From the NCBI GenBank assembly GCA_963693095.2, contig OY843768.1:1568001-1632000 (forward strand): a DNA stretch of 64,000 nucleotides, given 5' to 3'. The position numbers and the translations under genes were made by a program. Shown piece after piece: positions 20,574 through 30,984 of the stretch (position 1 is the stretch's first letter; each line of letters begins with the position of its first letter). Under the pieces are notes generated by a model that worked only from the letters and a program-made list of their open reading frames with translations, did no database searches and was not told the origin of the DNA. This DNA comes from Cenarchaeum sp. (GTDB lineage Archaea > Thermoproteota > Nitrososphaeria > Nitrososphaerales > Nitrosopumilaceae).

Positions 20574-21071
20574 ATGGGGGAGCAGGGTAGCGCGCCGGAG
20601 CGATCAGATGAGGTTCTAAACGGCGATCAGGATTATGATGAGGAGCGGTGTCGCGTGCTCGATCTTGTGGTTCGCATAATCATGTGCGTAAGCCTCATAG
20701 ACCACTATATTGAGGAGTATCTTGCAGACGCAAATGCAAAGGCCATAAAAGCAGAAAACAAAACTCGTGAACAGTTTATTCAAGACCTACGTAGAAAGAG
20801 CATAGATGATCGCTACGGTATGATTAAGAGTGGTATCCATGACCGACATACCAGCGAAGTTCTAGAGGCAATAAAGCAAGTCAGGGGCATCAGAAATGAT
20901 CTGGCACACTCTACTGTTGAAGTGAATCCCACTGGAACCACAGGAATTACCATGAAGAAAAGTGGGCATAACGTCAGTATTCTAAGAGACGCTTTAAAGA
21001 ACGCCGAGGAGTGCGAAAGGCATCTGAAACAGGTTCTTCAGCTCCCAGAGCGAGAGCAGGGTGGGCGATGA
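20574..21071 (+). CDS. HEPN-domain protein (RNDLAH)
   Basis: All-alpha pattern; IKQVRGIRNDLAH RxxxxH motif. Confidence 0.55.
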   Translation: MGEQGSAPERSDEVLNGDQDYDEERCRVLDLVVRIIMCVSLIDHYIEEYLADANAKAIKAENKTREQFIQDLRRKSIDDRYGMIKSGIHDRHTSEVLEAIKQVRGIRNDLAHSTVEVNPTGTTGITMKKSGHNVSILRDALKNAEECERHLKQVLQLPEREQGGR

Positions 21072-23100
21072 ATTGACGGCCTCAACACCATTTATGCAAG
21101 ACAAGAAAACCACGCGGCGACGCATCATACAATTTAATAAACACCGCCCAAACACGCCATCAAGCGAAATGGCGATGATCAAGCCCGGCATGAGTGTGGA
21201 TCTCCTAGATGAGTGGAGGGGGGCGTTGGCGAGATGGAAGTTCCAAAAATGGGAGCATTTTAACGGCGCAGAGTGCGATAGGCTTGTACAGAGCATTGTA
21301 GATGACGCTAATGTTCGAGAACGCGAATCAGGCAAGATGATCGACGAGATGGCCACGATTATTGCAGGCACGAGGGGGGAGTTTAGGAGCAAGATTGTGC
21401 ATGGCATGGTATTGAATTGTATGTTGAACAAGGTGTATGTGACAAGAGACCATCGTGGTGGCCTTCATGCATTATTTGACAGTATCAATATCGATGATAA
21501 AACAAGTGATGAAAACGCATATTTTGCACTAGACACGGTTCGCATAGTCTTGCGGCATGTGATTGTGCGTGAGGAAGAACTCTGCGAAGTAAAGCGCGAG
21601 ATTCTTGAATTGTGTTATGATACGATACAGAGGGCAGCCTGGCGTAACGGACTAGTCAGGCTTGCCGAGCTCATGGGCGATAAAAAGGTGCGTGATGAGT
21701 TTTGTGGTGTCAATGCTCAAATTGTCAACATGGCCATGTTGCGCGTTAGTGTGTATGACAAGCGTGACATTCCTCCAGATGACGGGATTCGTGAGATACT
21801 AGCTGAATATCCAGCGCTCAAAAAAATACTGGGCGCAGATGACGTCGTTGGGTCAAAGTCTCATATTACACAACTCATTCACCACATATCGGCAAACTAT
21901 CTAGTAAAGCGCGAGAACTATGAAAAGATCCATGCGGTTGTGTATGAGAGCAACATTCGAATTCGTTACTGGATTAACCAGATTTATGTCCAGCACAACT
22001 CCTCACTTCAACCAATTCGAGACAGTCCGGAGAGGGCCATGCTCCAGCCCTCTCTGAGATTTCTAAACGTGCTGTCCTCGATCAGGTACCTCGTTTTAGA
22101 GATTTGTGAGTTTTTGGAGCTGTGCGAGCGTGATCACCGTGTTGTGGGAAGGGCGGAACTCAAAGATCCCGGAGGCATTTACAGGATTATACAAGAGCAG
22201 GGCAGGGTCAGAGACGACATAAAAAAAATGCGCGATGGGTTTGGCGCCCGTCCAGCCTGGACATTTAAGGAGATTTCTGAGCAGGTCGAGTCAATGGGTC
22301 TGGACACGTTTGTCCTGTACGCGCACCTTGTGCTAATGTTTCAGGATGCGGTATATGGAACCATACCATCAAGATATCACAGGGATGAGAGGCCGGTGAA
22401 GCCATGGCAAGTTCCCGTGTCATGGATGCCGGTAACTGTAGAAGAGGTACGAGAAATAGAAAAGGCGTACGAAGGAATGTCCGTGTCCCCTAAAAAAGAA
22501 CACCAGTGTGAATGTGCCACTATGCACGAGTCACTCTTGTGTCTAATGATGTTGGACATAAATTTCACAAATGTCTCAGAGCACATAGGAGAGGAAACCC
22601 TAGACGCCCACATGAAGTTTAGTAATGAGGTGTATAATCTAAAATATATGATCCTAGAGCTGGCCAACTTTGTTGAGCAGTATGAGAAGCTAGCCCCAGA
22701 AGTAAAGACGCGTACGGGAAAAGAGATTGTGCCTGACTTTCTTGTGCGCAAGGAAAAATATTTCGCTCTTCGTGACCTCTATTCAGCGCATACACAATTT
22801 GATGATAGTCCAGGAATTCAGCAGATCATAACTGAAAACCCCGATCTAGTCTCCAAAATGTTGCGGGATGTGCAGGAAGCGCGGATTATTGTCACAAAAA
22901 TGTCTCCAGAGTTTCAAGAGTACGAGGCGTGTGCCGTTTCGCTCATGACCGACATGGAGATGGATGGTGTAGAGAGAGAGCTTGACTACATACGCGGGGA
23001 ATTCAACGAGTGTAACGGAAACGGATTCGGCGAGATAAGCCGGGATCAGGCACTACAAAAGAAGAGGGAGAGGATGAAAAAGATCCTCGGTGTGGAATAG
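21061..23100 (+). CDS. Large hypothetical protein with tandem HEPN-like segments
   Basis: Repeated RYLVLEICEF/KYMILELANF helices followed by MRDGFGAR and LRDLYSAH. Confidence 0.5.
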   Translation: MGDELTASTPFMQDKKTTRRRIIQFNKHRPNTPSSEMAMIKPGMSVDLLDEWRGALARWKFQKWEHFNGAECDRLVQSIVDDANVRERESGKMIDEMATIIAGTRGEFRSKIVHGMVLNCMLNKVYVTRDHRGGLHALFDSINIDDKTSDENAYFALDTVRIVLRHVIVREEELCEVKREILELCYDTIQRAAWRNGLVRLAELMGDKKVRDEFCGVNAQIVNMAMLRVSVYDKRDIPPDDGIREILAEYPALKKILGADDVVGSKSHITQLIHHISANYLVKRENYEKIHAVVYESNIRIRYWINQIYVQHNSSLQPIRDSPERAMLQPSLRFLNVLSSIRYLVLEICEFLELCERDHRVVGRAELKDPGGIYRIIQEQGRVRDDIKKMRDGFGARPAWTFKEISEQVESMGLDTFVLYAHLVLMFQDAVYGTIPSRYHRDERPVKPWQVPVSWMPVTVEEVREIEKAYEGMSVSPKKEHQCECATMHESLLCLMMLDINFTNVSEHIGEETLDAHMKFSNEVYNLKYMILELANFVEQYEKLAPEVKTRTGKEIVPDFLVRKEKYFALRDLYSAHTQFDDSPGIQQIITENPDLVSKMLRDVQEARIIVTKMSPEFQEYEACAVSLMTDMEMDGVERELDYIRGEFNECNGNGFGEISRDQALQKKRERMKKILGVE

Positions 23101-23932
23101 CCATGGTTATGAAAGGTCGTGGGCGTGCGCCGTGGTGGCAATTAGTCACGCAGTGCCCACAGGGATATCTAGCCCCCATGGAGCGTGGCATGCGATGAGG
23201 GACGGCTCGGCTGCAATCGGGATACATGCTGACGAGCTCCGGCTAGCCAATGACGTGATTGCCGAGATTGGTGCCGAAGAGTGCGTGCCAGAGTGGGGGG
23301 ACGGGCTGCTCCACGGGAGATTCAAGGAGACTGTCGCAAAGATGCGCGCGTACGCGCAGTTTAGCGCCGCAGCCAGGACTGTCAGGGATCCCATATGCCC
23401 CGGCCAGCGCGAGGAGATTGCGCTGGACTTTAAGGCCGAGATCGATGGTGTTGAGTGCTGGTTTGAGTCAGCCATGCTGGATAATGAGCTGTGGTGGCTG
23501 TCTGACAATGACCGCAGCACAATGTTCCACTCTACTGGAGGCATCGGGATCTCGGCGTGGCGCATACTGGCACGCAACCTAGTCGCGGCCGCATCTAGGC
23601 GAGTCGGCAGGCTAGAGGGGTGGGGAGCCCAGACCGTAATGATTGTCAACGATCCGCTCGGGGAGATCGGCCACTGTGGGGGACTAGACAGGGCGCTAGA
23701 GAAGCTTGGCAGGGCGTGTCCGCAGCTAGGAGCTCTGATCGTCGTAAAGAGGGACAGGTACACGATACACGAGATTGCCGGCTCGGCCAACCCGCTCTCG
23801 GCGGGTGTTCGTGCCGGCATACTGCGCATAAATGAGGAGTATCTTGCCAAAAGGAACGGTGCGGCAGATCGCCGTGTGCCGACTCTTGCAGGATCTGACA
23901 AAGGCAAGACTGCACCGGATCGTGCACGCTAG
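23090..23932 (+). CDS. Hypothetical protein, possibly a degenerate PD-(D/E)XK fold
   Basis: LDFKAEIDGVECWFESA; overlaps the upstream stop codon; start uncertain. Confidence 0.4.
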   Translation: MWNSHGYERSWACAVVAISHAVPTGISSPHGAWHAMRDGSAAIGIHADELRLANDVIAEIGAEECVPEWGDGLLHGRFKETVAKMRAYAQFSAAARTVRDPICPGQREEIALDFKAEIDGVECWFESAMLDNELWWLSDNDRSTMFHSTGGIGISAWRILARNLVAAASRRVGRLEGWGAQTVMIVNDPLGEIGHCGGLDRALEKLGRACPQLGALIVVKRDRYTIHEIAGSANPLSAGVRAGILRINEEYLAKRNGAADRRVPTLAGSDKGKTAPDRAR

Positions 23933-23947
23933 TCCCTCGCCGCTTCT

Positions 23948-24187
23948 TTAACTATTCTTATAGTGCGCAAAAATCCGCTCAAGGCCGTCAAGGACGGCGT
24001 AACCACAGTCCGCATCACCGAACGAGCCACATTCGGCCTCCAGGGCAAACAGCGTCATAAAGAGCATCGTCAGGCCGGTGAGCACAATTATCACCGAGCC
24101 GTTCAGCAAGCCTTTCAGCTCGCAAAAGAGCCTATTCCGGTCCATATCGCCTGCCGTATCCTGTTTTGGCCGAGCTGCCCATGTCAA
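23948..24187 (-). CDS. Small hypothetical membrane protein
   Basis: One TM helix. Confidence 0.35.
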   Translation of the reverse strand: MTWAARPKQDTAGDMDRNRLFCELKGLLNGSVIIVLTGLTMLFMTLFALEAECGSFGDADCGYAVLDGLERIFAHYKNS

Positions 24188-24310
24188 GGAACGCCCGAGG
24201 CAGGGAGTGGATTGCGCGCCCCATCCCGTCTGTTCGGACGTGCTGCCACTCCAGACTCTGTGCCGTTATTGCACGTGGGGTGAGGCACATTGCGGATCCT
24301 GGCGCAGGGT

Positions 24311-24721
24311 TCATGCCGGTGCCCTGCTAGGGGAATTCCACCCCGACTCTGCGCCGACGGCATCCTTGACCTCCTGGGGAAGCGCCTTGAACTGGATCGC
24401 ACCGAACTTTAGCCCAACTATGATCTCCTTAACTGTCATTGTGCGGTTTTTCATGTTGGGCGCGAACGTGTTCTTGAACGTTCTGACACGCACCGGTCTC
24501 ATCAGCTTGTCGCAATTGTGGCACCTCGTTCCCTCCAGCGCCCCTGTCAGCTCGGCGTTTGTGACCGGCTTGTTGGCCCATACGACAACGCTGTTGCACC
24601 CAGAGCACAGCACTGTCCTCGTCTGCACCAGGGGACGATCCCTGATGCACTGCGACCAGGTCTTGCCGCACTCCCCGCACAGTGCCTCTTTCTTGCTTTT
24701 GCGTGCCAAATGGATCGCCAT
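24311..24721 (-). CDS. Zn-finger protein with a C-terminal 'FxNTFAP' domain
   Basis: CGEC, CSGC and CHNC motifs; the tail matches ORFs at 43789, 44970 and 45224; TTTTATA upstream. Confidence 0.65.
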   Translation of the reverse strand: MAIHLARKSKKEALCGECGKTWSQCIRDRPLVQTRTVLCSGCNSVVVWANKPVTNAELTGALEGTRCHNCDKLMRPVRVRTFKNTFAPNMKNRTMTVKEIIVGLKFGAIQFKALPQEVKDAVGAESGWNSPSRAPA

Positions 24722-25074
24722 GGCAGACCCCTACACACATACCCTATAAAACTCCTTCGAACACGCCAGATATGATGTCTCCAGTCCCCATTCGGCGCCT
24801 CACGTCCCCCCAATCGTCTCCTGGACCGCCGTGCGGCTAGTCCACTCGCCGTCCTGCAGGACAAAGCACGTGACTGCCGTGCGCATCGGCTCGGGAACCC
24901 TCTCGCGCAGGCTCACGACGGCGGGGTTGGCAGACCATGTGTCGCAGCCGACAAACCCCATGGCATCCCACTTTGTCATGTTGTATATGACGTGCTCGGG
25001 TTCCTGAAACAGGCCAACAACGTCCCAGAAGCCGCCATGTCCAAGATCCGACGTGAGCCTTATTAGAGAGCGCT

Positions 25075-25509
25075 TTGGGCGACAGCGTGTTGACGATCAA
25101 GCGGATTCGGTCAGATCACATAGACTTGCGACTAATCAAGCGTGGTGAAACGGAGGCAAGGCAGGCCGAGATCAATGTTGGCCTTGATGACTTAACGTCT
25201 AGCATTGTCAGATACGGTCTTTTAAATCCCGTCTTGCTAGTTGAACACGGAAAAGACGGAACTTTTGAGCTAATAGCCGGCCAAAGGAGACTCTTGGCGT
25301 ATCAAAATCTAGCAAAAACGGATCAGAGTTATTCAAAAATTCATGCGGCCATATATGAAAACACCATGGAAGAGTGGGAAAAGAGGGCCATCTCGATCAG
25401 CTCAAACATCACGCAAGAGCCATTGAAGGAGACAGACAGGATAAACGCCATCACGGCAGTTTACAGCCACTTTGACAGAGATATTCCAGAGATGGCCAGA
25501 ACGGCCTAA
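25075..25509 (+). pseudogene. ParB/Sulfiredoxin N-terminal domain protein, probably frameshift-truncated
   Basis: LTSSIVRYGLLNPV...LIAGQRRL motif; stops at the start of the HTH, and an alternative frame continues GLTASDMLGRHAKCTRLP. Confidence 0.55.
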
Positions 25510-25935
25510 CTGCCTCTGATATGTTGGGGAGGCACGCCAAATGCACAAGGTTGCCGAGGCGAATGGAAGGGTTTGAACGGTTGCTTAAGGTTCGATGTGA
25601 TACTCAACCCCAGGCAATATGACAAGGTCATCGACGTTTGCGGCCTTGCGATCGGCGAAGAGTTTAGGCGGAGGATTTCATGTTGCACAATTGCGCAGAG
25701 CTACTATGTCATGGGCGTGGTGCTTGCAAGGTCGTGGCGCAAGTCTGAGACACAACACTAGTGTGGTTCTGCCGTTGAGAACAATGGCTCGCAGTCATAC
25801 GAGGCGTTCGTTGAGTATTGGTGATTTCAATGCAATCACAAACATCTCGTGTGCCAGAGGTAAGCGTTATTGTACATAAATTAGTGGTGTGACGACATTA
25901 TCATTCACACATATATTACACTAAGTAGAAAAATT

Positions 25936-26421
25936 TCATGAATCAGGAAGAGTTTCAATCAACTTTTCGATTTCTAGTTCAAACGGACGTTGTTTATCAC
26001 CACCCGTCTGGCGATCCAGAGCAATAAGGCGATAAATGCCGGCATTAGCATATTCTTCGCATATTCGAGCTATTTCTTTTTCTTTTTGATTTTCAAGCGT
26101 ATGTAAATCTGCTTCTTTTGTACTCATTGCAACTGAGATCATTACCCAGACTTCATCTTCAAGAAAAACAGATTTTGGTATTGATATGCTACGTTGTTTT
26201 AACGGTTTACGCTCATCAAGTGTTTTACCGATGGCCATGGCATACAAAAAGATGTCAGAGAGGTGTTTTTCATAAAAAAATGATTCAGAGCGTTTAATAG
26301 CGCCTGATTCAGAATTAAAGTAATCCACAACTTGTTTGTCAGATTTGTCATAGCTGAGATAATCAGGCCAGTCTGCAATAAGACGCCGGGATTTTTGTAT
26401 TGGTGATTTGGCAGAATTCAA
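25936..26421 (-). CDS. pbeD: PbeD-like (DndE-related) small subunit
   Basis: DIFLYAMAIG...CEEYANAGI; last gene of the pbeABCD-like operon. Confidence 0.65.
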   Translation of the reverse strand: MNSAKSPIQKSRRLIADWPDYLSYDKSDKQVVDYFNSESGAIKRSESFFYEKHLSDIFLYAMAIGKTLDERKPLKQRSISIPKSVFLEDEVWVMISVAMSTKEADLHTLENQKEKEIARICEEYANAGIYRLIALDRQTGGDKQRPFELEIEKLIETLPDS

Positions 26422-28520
26422 TTGACACCCTCCAATATTTCTGTATGAGTGTTATTATTTTTGTCTTTTTTGATTGCAAGCTTGTATTCTTTCCACACAG
26501 AATTATTAGCAAAGAGCACATCACGCACAGATCTTGATAATGGGCCAGTAATATCAGAACGCGCGATGCCAGTATATTCCTGATCAGTGACAAGCAAGGT
26601 CAGTTGTGTTTTTTTGAGATAATGGGGAAAACGTTCGGCCAATTCAACTTTGGCTTCTTGCGAGATATTATGCAGAGGAGAATCGATCATAATAAAGTAA
26701 TTGTGTTTAGTAATTTCACGAATAGCAGAAATGTAGGCTAGACCAAGGCAGTGACTCTGTCCCATTGAAAGATTTTTAGAGACGCCATGCTTATCAAGCG
26801 CGCGTAATTGAAATCCAGAAAGAATTTTAACGGCGCTGAAATCTTCTTTGCGAGGCGCAATTTTTAAGAAATATTCTGATGTAATTTCTTCAGTTCTTGT
26901 TTTGAATTCATCTAAAAGAGCGATTCGGATTTGGCGTAGTCGTGACGCAGCGATTTCACAAAGGGCAATTTTTTGGTGTATAGCTTTGTTTTTTCCTTCA
27001 GCAGTTTCAGCATTTTTTATTTTAGTTTGATTAGCATCATGCAGTTTAGCAATTGATTTAATTTCGTTGTTGAGCTCACCAATTTCTATAAATAGACGTG
27101 CTTGTTCATTTTTGTTTTGTTCTTGTTTGGTCAAGACATCACGAGCTTCATCAAACGAATGATCCTGCAGTTCTTTTTTGATAGTTTTACGAGAGGCCGT
27201 AAGTGACATGAGCTTGTTTCTGTTCAAAGCAAGGTCTTTAGAATAACTGTAATATTGTGAACTAATTTTAGATTTTGTCGCATTTTCTAACATTATAGAT
27301 AATCGTGCCCGCCCATGCATAATATCTTGTGTAATTGCAGAATCAACAATTCGATCTTTCATCTTCTGTAATCGGAGAAGTTCATCACTACCCTCTTCAA
27401 GTGAACGACCACAAATACACACAGCAGGTTGAGAGTTAGTCATTTGATCTAGAGCTGATTTGTTGATTGCAGGCGGTATTCGACCATCTTGTTCCCATTG
27501 TCGAAATTTATCTTCGGTAAAAACTATTGTTGGTCGTAAATGTAATTTATAAATATTTTCGCAAAGAAAAGTACGGAAACGTTCGTTAGTCTCGTTAATG
27601 GTTTTAGTGAGAGTTTTTTCTTCTTTTTCTATTTCTTGTAGTCTTTTTGCTTTCTCGTTAATGCTAGCTACAGAATGGTTGATGAGGTAATCCTGGTAAT
27701 TTGCAGCTTCTTTAACAAGTTTTTTAAGAAGTTCGGCTAGCGTAGCGTGCTTTTCTTGGCAATCATTATACCGTTGTTCAAGCTCCTCTGATTGGGAAAT
27801 CAAACCACGATATGGAAGTTGATCTTTTAGCTCCTGGGTAATTTTTCTCTGGGCTTTTTTTAAGTTAGAGACTGTAGTGTCGAGTAAAGGCAAACCAGAG
27901 ATTTCTTCTATGCCATTTTTTACTAGTTCTTCTTCTTTTTGTGTCAAAAAGTGGGATAATAGCTCAGCATCAAATAGGATATACGAGGATAGTGCTTTTG
28001 GAAAAATATTTTCGATCGTTTGTTGTGCATGATCCTGATTGTCCATTTTGATGGGTTGGGGATCAGTCCCTGAACGATAGTGGACTGACAGAATTGGAGG
28101 TTGAAAGTGAATTCCTTCACGTACAAGTGAGCCATTCACGCTGTTAAATCGTTGTTCAAGTAGATCAGTGCTTTTGAATGCTTTGATGCTTCTTTTTATA
28201 CGATATAATAATCCTTCGTCGTCATTAAGCCATAGCTCAACATATGTTTCAATATCATCATTAAGAGGGAGTCGCTCTAATGCATGTTTGTTCATACGTC
28301 CCTCACCTGTATGTTCTGTGTCAAGCTGAACTCGCTCACTACCGTATAACGCCCACATTATTGCATTCAATATGGTGGTTTTACCCAGACCACTTGGGCC
28401 ATGAATAACAGTTATAGGTTTATCAGCATCCTGCGATATGGTTAGCTTATGAGTTCCAAGGTATGTGCGGTAATTATGCAAGATAATTCTATCAATGTTT
28501 AGAGCCGATTTATCAGTCAA
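26418..28520 (-). CDS. pbeC: PbeC-like SMC/AAA ATPase
   Basis: HNYRTY, GPSGLGKT, CICGR (CxC hook), LSMGQ, IDSPL motifs. Confidence 0.8.
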   Translation of the reverse strand: MTDKSALNIDRIILHNYRTYLGTHKLTISQDADKPITVIHGPSGLGKTTILNAIMWALYGSERVQLDTEHTGEGRMNKHALERLPLNDDIETYVELWLNDDEGLLYRIKRSIKAFKSTDLLEQRFNSVNGSLVREGIHFQPPILSVHYRSGTDPQPIKMDNQDHAQQTIENIFPKALSSYILFDAELLSHFLTQKEEELVKNGIEEISGLPLLDTTVSNLKKAQRKITQELKDQLPYRGLISQSEELEQRYNDCQEKHATLAELLKKLVKEAANYQDYLINHSVASINEKAKRLQEIEKEEKTLTKTINETNERFRTFLCENIYKLHLRPTIVFTEDKFRQWEQDGRIPPAINKSALDQMTNSQPAVCICGRSLEEGSDELLRLQKMKDRIVDSAITQDIMHGRARLSIMLENATKSKISSQYYSYSKDLALNRNKLMSLTASRKTIKKELQDHSFDEARDVLTKQEQNKNEQARLFIEIGELNNEIKSIAKLHDANQTKIKNAETAEGKNKAIHQKIALCEIAASRLRQIRIALLDEFKTRTEEITSEYFLKIAPRKEDFSAVKILSGFQLRALDKHGVSKNLSMGQSHCLGLAYISAIREITKHNYFIMIDSPLHNISQEAKVELAERFPHYLKKTQLTLLVTDQEYTGIARSDITGPLSRSVRDVLFANNSVWKEYKLAIKKDKNNNTHTEILEGVN

Positions 28521-28729
28521 TCATCATCAGACTCCTGATTTACCCAATTTAATATTTCTGGATCATCATGGTATCGATTGATAATTTTGTTATACGCTTC
28601 AATTTTATTTCCTTTTTCAACTGTGATAGATTCAGCTTCCAAAATTTCTTTAAAAAAGAGTTGGACTTTGGGGGAGAGATCCTGCATACTATCAATTTTC
28701 TTGAGGATTTCTGGATTTATCTGATCCAC
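28517..28729 (-). CDS. pbeB: PbeB-like small protein
   Basis: 70 aa, coupled to the ATPase gene; positional match to pbeB. Confidence 0.6.
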   Translation of the reverse strand: MDQINPEILKKIDSMQDLSPKVQLFFKEILEAESITVEKGNKIEAYNKIINRYHDDPEILNWVNQESDDD

Positions 28730-28896
28730 GCGCCAACGTAAATAAGGTACTTTAAAAGCCTTGACATGAATTTAGCCGCTAGACACACATAATGAGACGG
28801 TCTAGGGTTTGTCCTCACGCCCCATCATCAAAAGCTTCAAGGACTGCGCGGCAGGCGCTAGCCATCGGCCGTAGCACCCGGGGGTCTAATTAACGC

Positions 28897-30984
28897 CTAG
28901 GAAGATGCACCATGAAGTTTACGGCGCTGTTCTTCAACAATAGGCAAGCACTCGTCAGCATTGATAGCCAGCCGAGCCATATCATATTGCCGATCAAACT
29001 GTGAACGAATAATGCTCATTTCAATACTTTTAGTGGCGGGAGTCAAGCGTTCATCTAGGCCAGGAAGAATCAATATGTCGTGAATAGTGGAATGATCTTT
29101 TGAGCTTTTGTCACTATATTTACCAAAAAATTGTCTTAATACACGGCCACGACGCTGAATGAATTGTTTAGGATTTCCGCTGCTGGATAATAAAATGCAG
29201 TGTTTTGCTTCAGGGATATCAACACCTTCATCTAACACCCCAATTGCTACAATTGCGTGATAATCTTCATTTGCAAAATCACGTAGTATTTGCATACGTT
29301 CTATGGGATTTTTTGGGTTATCCGCAGTTATTTTTCTTGAGAGTATAGGCGGAGCTGATTGCATAAGTATAGTTTGAACATCACGCATTTGTTTTTCAGA
29401 ACAGTAAATTAAGGTGTGTTTTAAATCAGGGTGATTTTTGATGATCTCACGAAATTGTGGAATTTTGTTTTCGGCATCACGGATTATCCGAGAACGATAA
29501 ATTAGAGCCATCTCGAGTTCGGCTTCGACATCTTCATCTTTGCGGCGATCCAACAACATGACGATACGATTAGTTGCAGATATGTATTTATCATATTCAT
29601 CAATAGTTAAATCAACATAATATGGATAATAATAATATCCAACTAAAATTTTGGTTTTAATAGCATGTTCAAGATCATATTTGAAAACAGTTTTACCAAA
29701 ATAATCAGACAGCGTTGTAGTGCCAAACTCATCATAATATCGATCAAAGGTTGCAGTGAGTCCAAGACGGTAGGTATAATCTGGCAATAGGCCTCGATGT
29801 CTTTGGGGCGCGCCAGCGTGATGAACTTCATCAGCTAACAACATGATCGGTACCTGGCAAGTTTGGATCAAGTCAATAAAATCTTGAGTTGCATACGTTA
29901 CATAAGAAGTAATTATAGCATTAACGCCAGAGGAAGCTTCTAAATTTAAAAGAGTTATAACGTCACGGACGTTGCGTTTCCAATTAGGGTTGTTCAGAGT
30001 AGAAACATGATCAAATCCTGCAGCCATGAACTGAGATTGCCATTGGTCAGCAATAGTGTTAAAAGGAGAAACAACCACAACAAGAAGACTATCACATTGT
30101 TCAGATATTTTATCGAGTGCATACATGGCAGTTATGGTTTTTCCGGTTCCAGTAGCCATTTCAAAAACACCCGTTCCGTTATTGGCAAGCCAAGATTCAA
30201 CGGCCTGTTTTTGATAAGAGCGTGGCTGGGGTCGATATTTTAAATTCAATAGATCTTTTGATTCAGGCGCTTTGGCGATTAAATTATCTCGAATTGCAGT
30301 AGGCAGATCGATTACGGTTATTATGCGCTTGTTATCATCATCATCACATATTGCATTATTCCAATATTTCAAAAATGTTTCGTAATGTTGGTCGACTCGT
30401 AAACGTTCACTATTATCCCAAGAACGAAAAACATCAAAATTATAGACTTCGCCTATTGTCGGATCGTCAAAGTCTATATTGCCTTTAAATGAGACAAACT
30501 CACTATTGTTTTTCCCATGAAAAACACCAATTTTTGTTTTAAGAGCGCTCACATTAGGGAGATGTTGGGCATCAATTGGGCGTCCAGATTGGTCTTTAAG
30601 TATGGCAACTTTGATTTCAAGGTGTTTATTTTTCAAGAGCCACGCTAAGGCCTTGGTATGATCTTCTTCAAATTTATCTTTAATTTCGTCAATTTGTTTA
30701 ATCCAAGTTTCAGCGATTTTGTCTTCCTGAGTGATGACTTCATTATATATTGCGTCAGCGTCTTCAGGAGAAAATATGGGTGAAAGCACAAGCTCCATCT
30801 TTCCATCATTTTGAATAAAATCTTGCATTCCTGCTGCACACGCTGCAAAATTTTTAGAGGTGAACACGCCGCCAATCCTGTGGCACAAATAAGAGTTTGA
30901 TAAAACCTTGTTAAAAAAATCGTTATAGATATCATCAATGCGTGAATCATACGTATTTTTGAGATTTAGATTATTTAGGCTCAT
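28897..30984 (-). CDS. pbeA: PbeA-like PLD-like plus SF2 helicase
   Basis: MATGTGKT, DEVH, GLTAT, EGVDIP, QRRGR motifs; N-terminal PLD-like region. Confidence 0.82.
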   Translation of the reverse strand: MSLNNLNLKNTYDSRIDDIYNDFFNKVLSNSYLCHRIGGVFTSKNFAACAAGMQDFIQNDGKMELVLSPIFSPEDADAIYNEVITQEDKIAETWIKQIDEIKDKFEEDHTKALAWLLKNKHLEIKVAILKDQSGRPIDAQHLPNVSALKTKIGVFHGKNNSEFVSFKGNIDFDDPTIGEVYNFDVFRSWDNSERLRVDQHYETFLKYWNNAICDDDDNKRIITVIDLPTAIRDNLIAKAPESKDLLNLKYRPQPRSYQKQAVESWLANNGTGVFEMATGTGKTITAMYALDKISEQCDSLLVVVVSPFNTIADQWQSQFMAAGFDHVSTLNNPNWKRNVRDVITLLNLEASSGVNAIITSYVTYATQDFIDLIQTCQVPIMLLADEVHHAGAPQRHRGLLPDYTYRLGLTATFDRYYDEFGTTTLSDYFGKTVFKYDLEHAIKTKILVGYYYYPYYVDLTIDEYDKYISATNRIVMLLDRRKDEDVEAELEMALIYRSRIIRDAENKIPQFREIIKNHPDLKHTLIYCSEKQMRDVQTILMQSAPPILSRKITADNPKNPIERMQILRDFANEDYHAIVAIGVLDEGVDIPEAKHCILLSSSGNPKQFIQRRGRVLRQFFGKYSDKSSKDHSTIHDILILPGLDERLTPATKSIEMSIIRSQFDRQYDMARLAINADECLPIVEEQRRKLHGASS

